Assembly (NCBI GenBank): GCA_905178155.1
Contig: CAJINV010000003.1
Location: 888,035 to 952,034 of the forward strand
Length of the DNA stretch: 64,000 bases
Direction of reading: 5' to 3'
Source of the DNA: Amoebophrya sp. A120
Taxonomy: Eukaryota > Protista > Dinoflagellata
The position numbers and the translations under genes were made by a program. How positions within the stretch are numbered: the first letter of the stretch is position 1; each line of letters opens with the position of its first letter. Shown here in pieces: positions 35,441-47,171 of the stretch. The notes below the pieces were generated by a model. The model searched no databases and had not been told where the DNA came from. It saw only the letters and a program-made list of their open reading frames with translations.

Positions 35441-38038
35441 ATGATCGACGGGCTTGATCCTGCCCTGGAGCAGGCGATCGCACGCGACGTGTGTGCGGAA
35501 AGCTCCGCGGCGCCGCTCCTCACCGCGCTTCAGTACCCGCCCGCCCAGATGTGCTTGCGCTTGATTGGCCGTGACGCGCAGGAACGGAGTGCGTCGAAGC
35601 AAAAGTTGCAACTGGACCTGCGGGAAAAGAACCACGCAGAACGAGACTATGCAGCGTGGGAAGCAACCACGACCATGGTTACGATCACAAGGAACATAAG
35701 AATGAACCGTCATCAAAGGCCTCCAGCGAAAAAAGAAGAAAGCAAAAAGAATAACAGTGGCGGTGCTGTAAATGAAGCCGAAGATGATGTTGACACAGCG
35801 AAGAAGCAACAGTGTCGCAAGGTTCCAGCCTTTGTTGATTCACATGTTTGCCTGGTACAAACAGACCACTCGCCGTTTGCGACCACGACAGATCTATCAA
35901 CGGACGAGGAAGAGGACGATGATATAGACAACTTCTCAGAAGCCCGTGCCGAAGCTGCACGTCTGAAACACGTCATTTACGTCTCGTCTGCGACCGGCAC
36001 TGCCTTGATGCGAGGGGCGAATTTGTATTGTCCAGGAGTGTTGGCCATTCGTCCTGTAGTGGCTCCGGCGGTCCGTAGAAAAAACGGCGACGCCAAAAGT
36101 CGCGACGAAATAGTAGCCGACGCTACTGCTAGAAAATGTACTAGGTCTGACACGACCTACGAAACGCCAAAAAAGCTTCATCACAGTAACGAGAACGACA
36201 AGGAGAGCAGCATGAGGCACGGGCACGAAACTACTGTCAAGAAGGAGAAGGACCATATCCAAGAGAGGCGAGAGCAACGAGCATTGAAGCTGGGCCAGCG
36301 CGTGGAAATACGCATAGCGCCGCCGGAGGCTGAGACTCACATAACCCGTGGCCAGGACGCCGAGGAAAAGTGGGATCACGGCGGGAAGCCGAACAAAATT
36401 GCGGAGGGCACACTGCAGGTCCGGTCCCGCGCCGACCTGTTTGCAATGGCTGGAGTCGCTGTGCATATCGATAAGCTGTTCCCTTTGGTAGAGCAAAAAC
36501 AAAAACTCGCAACAGATTCTAGTACTTCCTGTGTTAAAGAGCAAAAGCAGGCCACTGTGCGACTACCTGGCCGAGAACCTATTATACGTAGTGCGCAGCA
36601 TGTCATCTACCCCCTGCCGTCAGTCAACGCGTTGCTCCCTGGGCGGATTTATTCGCAGCAGCTCCCTTCCGTGATTGCTGCCTTGGCTCTCGGACAAGAC
36701 GACGCAACAGGCCTCCGCATCCTCGACATGTGTGCCGCACCCGGAGGGAAGACGTTGGCGGTGGCGGATGCTTTTCCCAACAGTGAAATCGTCGCGCTAG
36801 ACCGGAGCTACTCTAAAGTCAGGAAGATTGAAGCCGCTGTTGCCGAGCGTGAGAAAGTGCTGGAAAAATACGCTGCGTGGAACGAGAAGAAATACTCCGG
36901 CTCGATTACCTGCTACCGCGCAAACTCGACCAACCTCGTGGTCGATCTTCTGGAAGATTTGGACGCGAAAACTACGTCGAAGGTGCTGCAAAGTGAAAAT
37001 GCAAATGTTGACCACGCTGAAGAAGAAGAAACTAAAACCTCCAAACCCGCCACCAGTAAGCCGTTTTACCACAAGGCCGTCAAGTTGACGAGCGCCCACT
37101 GGGAAGCGTTTTACAGGGTTCTATTCAGTGACGAGGCGCGACTGTTTTCTTCCAAGAACAAAGGGGAGAAAAAGCTTTTCAAGGCTGTAAAGCAGCAGTT
37201 CTTGAAGACGAGTTGTAAAACGACCGGCGAAATCGTAGGAGCTGCTGAAATTGTAGAAGTTGAGGAGACTTCGAACTGCAAGAAATGCACACGCGAGCAC
37301 GTGGACGCGTTGCAGAGATTGCACAACAACCCCGACCTGTTGAATGGTGTTGAGGAAGCGCAAGAATTGCGCGAGACCATGGCGAAGGCCCGGAAGAAAG
37401 TTCTTGCACCACGCGAACAAGGGGGCGAACCACGAGATCAACAATCTCAACCTGGATTGAATGATAGAGAAAGTACTCAAACGAAGCGCCCCTCGACGAC
37501 CTCCACCACCGCGACTAGTACACCAGCAAAACCCCTGCTGGGCCGGCCTCCCTGGGTTCCGGGATCTTTTGACAAGGTGTTGTGCGACGCGCCGTGCTCC
37601 GCCATGGGACAAAAGCCGTTGCTGCACTACAGTGTCACTTACGAGGAGGTCAAGCAGACCGCGGTGTACCAGCGACAGTTTCTGCGGCAAGCCTTTCAGC
37701 TCTGCAAACCAGGCGGCGAAATCGTCTACTCCACCTGCACCATCCCGGTCGAGGAAAACGAGGGCAATGTGGACTGGTTCCTGCGGGCCTTTCCAGACCA
37801 ATTAGAGCTGCTGGATCTCCGAAAACAATTCGATCACGACGAAGACATACTTTATGGCAGGATAAAGCGTGATGATGATGATGTTGAGCTGCTTGGGACT
37901 AGTACACCAGCTTCAGCTTCTGAAAGGCAGGACGAGGAGCCCATTGTGGCTTCGTTTGATGAAAAATTCGTGTTTCGATTCGACCCGCAGCATTGGGATC
38001 TCGGCTTTTTTGTCGCGAAATTTCGCAAGAAAGCATAA
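35441..38038 (+). CDS. RsmB/NOP2-family RNA m5C methyltransferase with PUA domain (NSUN6-like)
   Basis: PUA-like ALMRGANLYCPGV, QQLPS, motif I ILDMCAAPGGKT, ALDRS, FDKVLCDAPCSAMG, catalytic VYSTCT...ENE and C-terminal GFFVAKFRK. First ATG is at 35441. Confidence 0.88.
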   Translation: MIDGLDPALEQAIARDVCAESSAAPLLTALQYPPAQMCLRLIGRDAQERSASKQKLQLDLREKNHAERDYAAWEATTTMVTITRNIRMNRHQRPPAKKEESKKNNSGGAVNEAEDDVDTAKKQQCRKVPAFVDSHVCLVQTDHSPFATTTDLSTDEEEDDDIDNFSEARAEAARLKHVIYVSSATGTALMRGANLYCPGVLAIRPVVAPAVRRKNGDAKSRDEIVADATARKCTRSDTTYETPKKLHHSNENDKESSMRHGHETTVKKEKDHIQERREQRALKLGQRVEIRIAPPEAETHITRGQDAEEKWDHGGKPNKIAEGTLQVRSRADLFAMAGVAVHIDKLFPLVEQKQKLATDSSTSCVKEQKQATVRLPGREPIIRSAQHVIYPLPSVNALLPGRIYSQQLPSVIAALALGQDDATGLRILDMCAAPGGKTLAVADAFPNSEIVALDRSYSKVRKIEAAVAEREKVLEKYAAWNEKKYSGSITCYRANSTNLVVDLLEDLDAKTTSKVLQSENANVDHAEEEETKTSKPATSKPFYHKAVKLTSAHWEAFYRVLFSDEARLFSSKNKGEKKLFKAVKQQFLKTSCKTTGEIVGAAEIVEVEETSNCKKCTREHVDALQRLHNNPDLLNGVEEAQELRETMAKARKKVLAPREQGGEPRDQQSQPGLNDRESTQTKRPSTTSTTATSTPAKPLLGRPPWVPGSFDKVLCDAPCSAMGQKPLLHYSVTYEEVKQTAVYQRQFLRQAFQLCKPGGEIVYSTCTIPVEENEGNVDWFLRAFPDQLELLDLRKQFDHDEDILYGRIKRDDDDVELLGTSTPASASERQDEEPIVASFDEKFVFRFDPQHWDLGFFVAKFRKKA

Positions 38039-38329
38039 ACAAACGCGTCGCAACGTGGCCACGACCTCGTTTCCATTATTGAATGAAATCGAATAAAACG
38101 ACAATATTTATAGATGCAGCGCAAGCTGCGTTGGCTCTGAGACAGGTGAACATCCTTCCGCCGACTATAGTTTCTTTTTCACTGCTGGGCCTTTCAACGT
38201 GTTCGACATTGGGCCTTTCAACGTGAAAGATCTTCTCCGAAGATCTTTCTATGCTAGTACGCGTAGCGATTGGATCAGTTTGTCCAATAGATCACTCAAG
38301 AGATCTGCGCGCTCATGATTGGCGCAGTC

Positions 38330-39850
38330 AGCCACGACCGGCGCGCGTCTGCGCGGAGGGCCTTGGGGCTTTGTTTCGGGGGCGAGAGCCCGCGGCGCAG
38401 CGTGCGCCGCCCCTTCTCCCCGAGGTAGCGCCCGGGCTAGCGAAAATCCCTTGGGGCGCCCCGATGAGAAAGCGGGCGCCTAGCTGCCCGCAGCTCCTGT
38501 GGCCCTCGCCTAGCCGGGGCGGCGCGGTGGGGGCAAGCGCTAGCCCAATCACCTACAGCGGTCGCGCAGTCTGGGCGATGTCGAGCCCGCCGACTCGGAG
38601 GGGGCCGTCGCCGACCGAGGGCGGTGGCAGTGCGTGTCTCCGCCTGAGTATAGCTCCGCGTTGATACCGAAGCGGGGCATCCTCTCCGCGAAATTCCCCG
38701 CCCGGGCCCAATTGGCCGGCAGGAGGCTGCCGCGTACGCGTGGCAGCAGCATTTGGCGGGAAATGTGTGGCGCCCCCCTGCTTACCCCCCGCCCCGACTC
38801 TCGACGTGTTAACCAAGCAGGGGCATGCGTTGCGCGGCTTATGGGGCGGCGCCGCGCGCGCGAGTCTTTTCTTTGTGGCCGGGCCGAAAACGCCACGCAC
38901 CGTGGCGGCAGGGCCGGCGGCCGCAAGGACGGAGCGCCCGCCCGCCCCCCTGCCCCCGTCCGGGGCCCGGCCCCGCGGCGCCAAAGGGCGGGCCTTCCTA
39001 GCGATGGGTCTGCATGTTCCGGGCCGGCGAGATGGCCTGCCTTTATATATTGCGTAGGTAAGCTGTTGCGCCGCCATTTGGTTCAGGAGGTCGGCGACCG
39101 ATCGCGGTCGCGACGCCCGCGGCGGCTACTTTTTTTGCATGCCGAGCCCCTTGTGGCCCCCCCTTGGCGGGCGGGGCTCTTCCGTGATGAAAGGCGGCCC
39201 AATGTCGCCCGCCTTTGTTGCGTCCGAGCTCCGGGAGGTCGTTCGGCGTTGTCCCAACTTTGGCACGGTTTACGTCGACGGGGGCTGTACCTGCCCGCGG
39301 CGCCTCGTGTGTGATCCGGCTGGAGAGGAAGGGATAAAGCAAAAACGGAAGGACGCGCGCAAAGATGGGGCGCCGTCGCAAATGGCGGCGGGCGCAGGGG
39401 GGAAGGTTCGGCGGCTGCCTCGGTGGCCGGCGGCCGCGTGCTTGGGCGGGGGCGGGGCCGTGCGATGGAAGCCGGCTGGCAGCGTGGCCGCGCCCGCGCG
39501 GCCTTGGGCGGTGCCGTCGGCCCGGGCAGCCAACAGGATGGGGGCTTGCAGTAGCAGTGGCCCCCGGCGCATCAGCCCGGGGAGGGAAACAACAGCACAG
39601 GCTGCGCGTAGCGACCGGCCCATGGATGTCACGCGCGCCGGCCCCCGATCAATATATGCGGGAATGGATGCGCCGGGCCCCAGCGGCTCGTCGCCCGCGA
39701 GCCACCCCGCCGCGCGGAGGCGGTAGTGGCTCCTCGTCTTCGAGCAGCTTCTCCTCTCAGCAGAGCCGTGGGGTTACCGCGCGTGGGAGGCGCCGGCCGC
39801 GTCGTGGGCGCAACAGCCACCCACGATTCTCGGGGTCGCCAGGGTAGACA
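38330..39850 (+). pseudogene. GC-rich island, possibly a decayed retroelement (RT-like remnants)
   Basis: Composition shifts sharply to very high GC relative to the flanks. One frame at 39112-39283 reads DARGGY..VMKGGPMSPAF..TVYVDG, resembling the order of RT motifs. No intact gene is present and the boundaries are approximate. Confidence 0.35.
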
Positions 39851-40641
39851 GCACTAGCAGGATCAGACAGCAGCAGAGCAACCAACTCGTCCTCAAGCGA
39901 TCTTCGAGGTCAGAAGTGAGTATCTTTCTCATTGGTGGGCCTTTGTTTCCACGTGCTTGAACGAAGACGCGAGTATGTTGCGCATGGCATTCGTCGAAAG
40001 ACAAACTGTTCGAATATTTCCATCCTGATCCACCCACTGACTAGAAATAAAAGGAGTACTTAATCATGTTCCCGCGCGTTGACGAGTTCAGGTTCACGAA
40101 ATTTATTTTTGACGCACACTCGGACCTGTTCTCGTTCATAACATAGCATGAGCAACGCCACCGGGGGATGAACTACCAAGTACAAGCTCACACTCTAGCA
40201 ATATGCTCATGAATTTGCTGAATTTTATCGTGTGCGTTTCAATTGAATCGATAATTTTCTGAATGTATACGTCAATTACTTCAAACATCCGATCTGTTCT
40301 CACTCTCACGAATTTTTACCAACACCGCTTTGCTTTTGTTCCACAGCGACATGCTTTTGTGCTTTTGTTCCGCAGCGACATATATATTAAACGTTCTTTT
40401 TTTTTCACATATATATAACTAGCGTCATTGCTCCTTGTTTGTTGTGTGAATTAGATTATGTGTGTGCCAAGGAGCTATATTGTGTGTAAGAACTAAGCAC
40501 AAAGCAACAGCAAAACAATGAGACTGGAGGACAAAAAACGTATACATAGGTATTATAGTCTCGATAGTGAAGGTTTTTTAAATCTAGCACTAGGCAGAAG
40601 AAACTAAAGCCCGCCAGCACTAAGTACGAAGCGGCCATAGC

Positions 40642-43600
40642 ATGGGTATACCGCAGTACCTCTCCTGGCTGCAGCGGGCGTTTCCGAATGCCTTTCAGCA
40701 GCACCCGCCCAGGAAGCAAAACCTCCCGGTGGAGCACGTCTACATTGATCTGAATTGTTACTTCCACAATGTGGTGAAGCGGGCCAACAGTCCGGAGCAG
40801 CTAGTCGGGCTGATCCAACGCGAGATCGACGGGTTACTAAACAACTTCGCGCCCCAGTATCTGAAGAGCGTTTTCCTTGCCGTAGATGGACCGGCGTCCC
40901 AGGCAAAAATGCTTACCCAGCGAATTCGCAGGAGGTTTCATTTTCTGCAACGAGACGATTTTTAAAGTAGACCGAAGACCTGACCTCCTGTACAACTTCG
41001 CGTAGTAGATTCCTGGCTGCACTTTGCGTTTTAGTTTTTTATTGTCCGTGATAACAAATGGATGCGTTGGCCTTTTTTTGTTGTTTCGACGTTCGCGTGA
41101 TGAGCACAGAGTCTTTCTAACCCATGTCTGCTGACCACAGTAATGGAGAAAAAAACTTGTCTGCGTGTGTCCTGACCTGTTCCAGTTGTGTACCCTCACC
41201 CGTAACGATTACTCAAAATACCGGCGAACGAAGCAAGTTCTAGTCCTCGGAAGTTGCAGCTCAACAATCTGTTGATGATCTCGACCTCGTGCTGCAACCC
41301 TTCTTGCATATCACATCATCCTCGCGCACGTGCTGTTTCTGCTGCTGCTGCAACAAATAAAGATACCCAACGACCAAATACACAGGAAAAAGCAGAGCAG
41401 CTCATTGTCCATCGGCTTGAGTCCCGGAACGACTTTGATGAGATTGTTATGTGATCGCCTACCAGCATACTGCGAAAACGTTGCGAAAAAGCGGAAAATC
41501 GATGTCGTATTCAGCGACGGGTAATGGATTTATGTTTGATATTGATAGATTATTTTTGCATTTCTGTTTTTCATTCTGTGCAATGAAGAGGCTCTTATTC
41601 TTATTATATCTTTCCGCGTTTTAAGCCCGAACTGAACATACGCAATTCTTTTCTTCATCGAAAATAAAAAAGGTTTGTGCCGGGTGAGGGGGAGCACAAA
41701 ATTATCGAGGCGATTATGCGAAACGACATTCCCACCCGGTCGGGTCACGCCAAGCACTGCGTCGTTGGCTCCGACTCTGACCTGTTTCTCATCATGCTAG
41801 GTACAACATCTCTTGATATTTTTACAGCTACAATGTTTGCATACGAATCGCCCCCACGACAAGATCTACATGACTGAAACGGCACTCCCCGTCCTCCCCC
41901 CGACAAGACTACATTATTTTTACAAAAAACACTATCATCACCGAAGAGCATTCGCGTTTTTCTTCTATTTTGAATCCATCACACTACAGGGGCTGACGCA
42001 AATTGTGTGTACGTGTGGGACGGCGATTGTAGACCGGGGCTCGTGTGGACCAGAAACACGATGCTGAAGGGTATTTTAAGCGCCTTCCCGCCCAAGGCCC
42101 TCCAGTCCAATTCCGATGCCGAAATGGCCATCCGCACGGATTTCTCCCTCCTTTCCCTGCTCAAGGGGGACGACTACCTGCCGCCTTTGATCAGCTTTGA
42201 AACCGCCTTCCGGACGTACGACAAGATCGTGAAACAGGCCTGCCAGACGCAGCCGGTTGCCCAGTGGGCCATCGTGGCCAAGCGCAACGTCGCCATTCGC
42301 GATCTGCAAAGCGACGACCAGGACGACTTTAACTTCATGCGGGACTACGGCGACGCTGCCGACTTGGTGGTCGCCCAGCACTCGTTCCGCCCCACTTTGA
42401 CGCTCGCGCGGTGCGTCGCCGACGAGAAAATGATGCCCGAGTCGCAATTTCGTTCGGTCTACGGGAAGCCCGCTAAATTTCCCGAGAACGAAGTGACGGC
42501 ACTGAAAAACTACTACCGGGGTATTCTGTGGGTGTTGGACATCTACCGAAACGGCCGCGCCCTCGACTACCATTTTGTCTACAAACTGGGCAACGCCAAA
42601 CTGGACGGCCGGTGGGCGGCCATGTGGATGGTGCACCACCAAAACACGGAATTCACCCAGTTGCGCGGACCCGTCAACAAAAACGACCCCGCAACCGGCG
42701 GCGCCATTTGCCCGACCACAGCGACCCTGTGCCTCATCCCGGTCTCGAGCCTCAAGGGCGTTTTTACAAAGGAAAACTTCAACGTGATCGAGGATTTAGT
42801 GCAACCCGACAGCGAATTTCTCGGGCCGGTGGTCAGCTTCGAGGACGACTCGCAGTTGGACAGACTGAAGAAAACACTGGTCGCAGCGCAGAAGGCCTTC
42901 GACGCGAGGACGCAACAATTGAAGGTTTGATGTAGTTGTCTTTGGTACTATTTGTTGGATCGGAACGCAGACTAGTATCGTGACTGTGTTTCTTTCCCTA
43001 CTTACTTAGTTATTTCCTGCTTTATCTACAAAAATAGTACAACAAGCCTCAAGCCTGTGTAGCGAAAGCGTCGACTAGCGTGCTCTACTGCTAACGAGCC
43101 AATTGTGCTGTCGTCTCTTGCATCTTCTGTAACAGGATTGTTGAGTAAATATTTCCCCCACTAGCACTACTAGCTTTGTACACGTCTACATCAGGAGCAA
43201 AACGTGGAGAAGAAGCACGACAGCGAGTGGAATAAGCTGAAGCAGGCCCTGGTAACCGCCCAAGGGGCGTACGCGGCCCGGCGTACGGACTTTGTCACCG
43301 CGGACATTGACGACGTGGACGTCTCCCTGTTGGACCAAGAGGTGCGGAGTCGCTTTGTGCGGGGGGAGAACAGCGAGGACCGCGCGTGGCTGTCCGTGTA
43401 CCAGCAGGGTACGGGTGCGCGTTCCGAAATTCGCAGTCGGGACGGCGTCCCCGAACTGGTTGTCGATTACGATGCGGAGGAGGAGCAAGACGAGCCGATG
43501 GTCAACGTGGACTTGCTCGACAGCGTCATTAACCTCACCGCGACATCAGGACCGCCGCCGGGTGCGGCGAAGCTCAAACCGTTCCCGGGTAGAATGAACC

Positions 43601-44661
43601 CGCTGCGACCCCTTCCGGGCAAAGCCTCCGACATTCTCTCCTCGTCGCCGTCGGAAGTTGTAGACGGTCCCGTGGAGCCCAGTCAGAAGCGGGCTAAGAC
43701 CACAGCTTCTGGGGGAGGTTCATCTTCCGCGGCCCCGGCGGTTTCATCTGCAAACAACCCGTTTGCCGCTGGGTGGAGCAGCTCGAAAGGGAATGATAAC
43801 CCGTTCGACCACCATGTTAACGACCACGACAACGAGGAGGAAAGCTATCACGACGACCACGACGACGACATGCAGGAACACGTTCTCGAGACGGTCGGCA
43901 AAGACGTTCCGGAGGACGAGGCCGCGCGCATTCGGGAGCGAAATCGCTTGCGCAACTTGAAAAACAAAGAAAAGAAGAAACGCAAAAATGCCGAAAAGCG
44001 CGCTCTAGTAGAAGGTGGCGCAGGAGACGTCAGTGTAACTTCCAACCTTGTAGCTCCCTCTGCTGCGCCTAGTACGAGGCGGCTACAGGTTCCGGGGACC
44101 ACGACGGGACGAGCGCAGGAGTACCAAGTGTCGGAACCGCCACAGCACCAGAGGAACAACCCGTTTGCATCTTCGGACAACCCCTTCAGGAGGTCGGTGC
44201 CGCGAAATGACGACGCAGATGACGAGCGCGGACCCCCGATCAGGCCGCCAGGAGGGGGAAGTAGTACGCTCAAGAGGGGAGCGGCCGCAATACAACCGGG
44301 AGGAAGTGACTATCAAGACGCCAAAAAAACACGGCTGCAACCACTTCCGGGGCGGGGCGGCCCGCAAGGTGGCGGACCGCAGCATCAAACCGGTGGGCCA
44401 AGTGCGCTAAAGGTTCCACAGGTGAACTACCACCGAGGGGGCGGCTTCGCCCCGAGCCAGCGGACCGAGTCAAGAACAGGTCCTCCGTCCAGATTGCAGG
44501 TTCCCGACCACGCGTCGGGTGGCAACAAAGGCAGCTTGTTCAGTCAACGTGGCCCCCCGCGGCCAAACGGCAAAGACAATCAGCCTCCATCGAAGAGAGG
44601 CCTGACGCCGTTACCCACATCTGGTGGCAGACCGCAGGCACCGAGCAACCCGTTCGGTTAA
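40642..44661 (+). CDS. XRN-family 5'-3' exoribonuclease, exons 40642-40934, 41386-41520, 41673-41800, 41990-42924, 43195-44661
   Basis: XRN N-terminal motifs MGIP, YIDLN, AVDGPASQAKMLTQR, SPGT, PGEGEHKI, GSDSDL, GDDYLP and YYRGILWVLDIY. Four phase-compatible GT-AG introns. The C-terminal tail is low-complexity. Confidence 0.9.
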
Positions 44662-45346
44662 GCACACAGCCGTTCTCGGAAGAACAACAGATACTTTCTT
44701 GATGTTGTATCGTGCCCATGCCGAGCATTACAGTTTCACTTGTGTGTGGCTTCCGCACAAAATTTTTGAAGTTATCCACAGTTTACCGTTAGTTTGTATC
44801 AGCCGTGTATCTCGTGACAGTGTCAACAGTCGAGCGAAGCAGGGACTACTTAGTTCCACAACTAGCGAAGTGAAGAACATGGGTCTTCACGAAGCTTTGA
44901 TGTTCGCTGATCTTCTTCATTTTTTGCGAGAGTGAGAAGTTGAGCTGCAGGAGAGGGCCGTGAGTACTTACCGCGAGCGGAGTGAAAGACGATTGGTCGA
45001 ATGCTCAAACGACGTGATAGACTGAAGACCACGCAAATGTGACGGAGTCGAGTGTAACAAGTGAGCGTGTTGTTTGCAAAATGATGTTTCCTTTATTTAC
45101 CCACCTGGTCAGTTCGCAGATCGTATTAAAAGTTTAAGTTTTTATTTTTCAAAAGTTATCGGAGAGTTGAGTTGGAGACGTCCTACCTCTCAGTTGCACA
45201 CAGAAATATGAATATCGGATACAGGATGTTGATGTTGTGCTTTCTGGTCTGAAGCAAGCCAAGGGCACGTGACGTCCCTCTTTGCATTCGCTCTTTGATT
45301 CTAATTGACTTCTGACAGATTCCTCATTCTCTCAAGTCACAGCAAG

Positions 45347-46418
45347 ATGTTGGGCACGGTGCGCAGCGGAAACAAAGAAATCAGTGCGAAGGAAAAGAAG
45401 GAGATCGAGCGCCTACGCACCATTGCCAAAGGGACAAGTGAAGACAGCAAACGGAAATATGGGCTGTCGGACGAGGATATCATGGTGCTCTGTAAGTACA
45501 AACAGGGAGCGCTGTTGGATCTGGGAGATCTCGAGATGCTTCTCCCGCTCGTCTTCTCAATAAAGCAGCAGATTCAAAGGTATTTGTTCGTATTTTATGA
45601 CTATGCTCCGTTCGTATACTTATACTTCCGCCTCTCGATATTTTTGTCTGCCTTTCCGTTTTGGCGTTGAAATTTGAATTTCAGCATGAGCATAAAGAAA
45701 TTTCAGTACAATTCAAGCGAACAGTAGCATTCTTTTCTTCTTCAGAAGATTCTTCCAAGTCCAACCAAGCAACTTTCAGGTACCCACAGTATCACTACAA
45801 GAAGATCGGGCTGGAGATTTCGAGTGATTGGGAAGCCACGCGGTCACGAATAGCCATCGACGAGGGGGTTTACAAAATGTACATCGCGATTCCGGTCCAC
45901 GCACGAGCAGAATACTCAAGATGGACAATACGAAACTCCCCCTTCATGTACACCGGATTCATAGAGGTAAAATGCACGTGGACGTGGTCACGAAAAAAGC
46001 ATTCTACAGTCTAAGTCGTTCTGGATTCAAACATTTCTTTGGAAATAATTGCGAGGTCACCACGTTAATATGTAATGACATTGCCTTGTGTAGTTTTTGT
46101 GCGTCGTCGGGACGCGAGATGACGGTGACGCTAGACATGGACGCCTGGAAGACGAAGATGATCATGATGTCCATTGAAACGAAAATTCATTTTGTTTTTC
46201 CGATCACAACTACTTACTAAACTCTAAAAATACAGGTATACGAGGGGTACGGAATAGACATAGAGCTTCCGACTAAGGTCGACTTCATCATTTACGAGCC
46301 GACAGACGAAGCGAAGAAGCGGAGACAGCTGAGCGCAGAAGATAATTTTTGCCTCAAGCTGATCAAGGAAAAGCACTTAGTTGACCCTGACGCCTGGAAC
46401 CGGGTGCTATTCATCTAG
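45347..46418 (+). CDS. Hypothetical protein, exons 45347-45579, 45780-45966, 46236-46418
   Basis: Three coding-like segments join in frame across GT-AG introns 45580-45779 and 45967-46235. No family recognised. Confidence 0.6.
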
Positions 46419-47171
46419 AGAAACAAGTATAGATAGTTGTAGCTTCGTCGAATAATATAAACACTTCGACTATAATTGGTGCGGCCAACTGTAAGATTCG
46501 AACGAATTCGATTTCGTCTCGCCACCAGGAACGAGACGCAAGGCAGGTATGCGAAGATGATCCTCTCCACCCTGTACGATGGAACGCGAACTGCAGGACG
46601 ACACCTCGCAATTTTGTTGTCGTGCGCTTCATCAAACAGAGAAACGAGGAGGCGTGGCTGGGCCGTGCTGTGCTATGAAAAAATTGAAGTGAGTGTTGAA
46701 CTTGAACGTCTATGAATGAAGAAAAATGATGAACCCAGGACGAGCGAGTAGTTGTTCAGCGCGAATCATGATTCGACCTACTTTACCTTGGAGGTGCTAT
46801 TGCTGGTCTCTGGAAAAGGTCAGTAATTTCCCGGAGAGATGAAAACAAGGAGCAGATGCTTGAAGCTTACAAGATAGAAGTTCACCTGAGGAAAATTTCT
46901 GTCGATGGGTTTGAGATTCCTCTACTCACGACGAACTTTCGAAATCGAAGCTATTTCCACCCAGCGATCCTTCTTGTCGAGCCAGAACGTGAGTGTTTCC
47001 CGTGTGACGTAGTGAACATAGACATAGGTGGCCTACATCTCTACTTTCTGGCCCCGATAGCCATAAAACCAAGTCAGTAGGTCTTAAGTACTTTCATCTT
47101 TTCTTTTGCTGTCCTTCTTCTTCCCGTAGTGCAAGAAGTGCTACTCCCTGTAAAATCGAAAAGCGTCCAGC

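Noticed and set aside
40326-40381. Short tandem duplication tgcttttgttcc(a/g)cagcgacat (similar 18-mer pair near 6506-6543)
   Set aside because: Two-copy local slippage duplications with no further structure.
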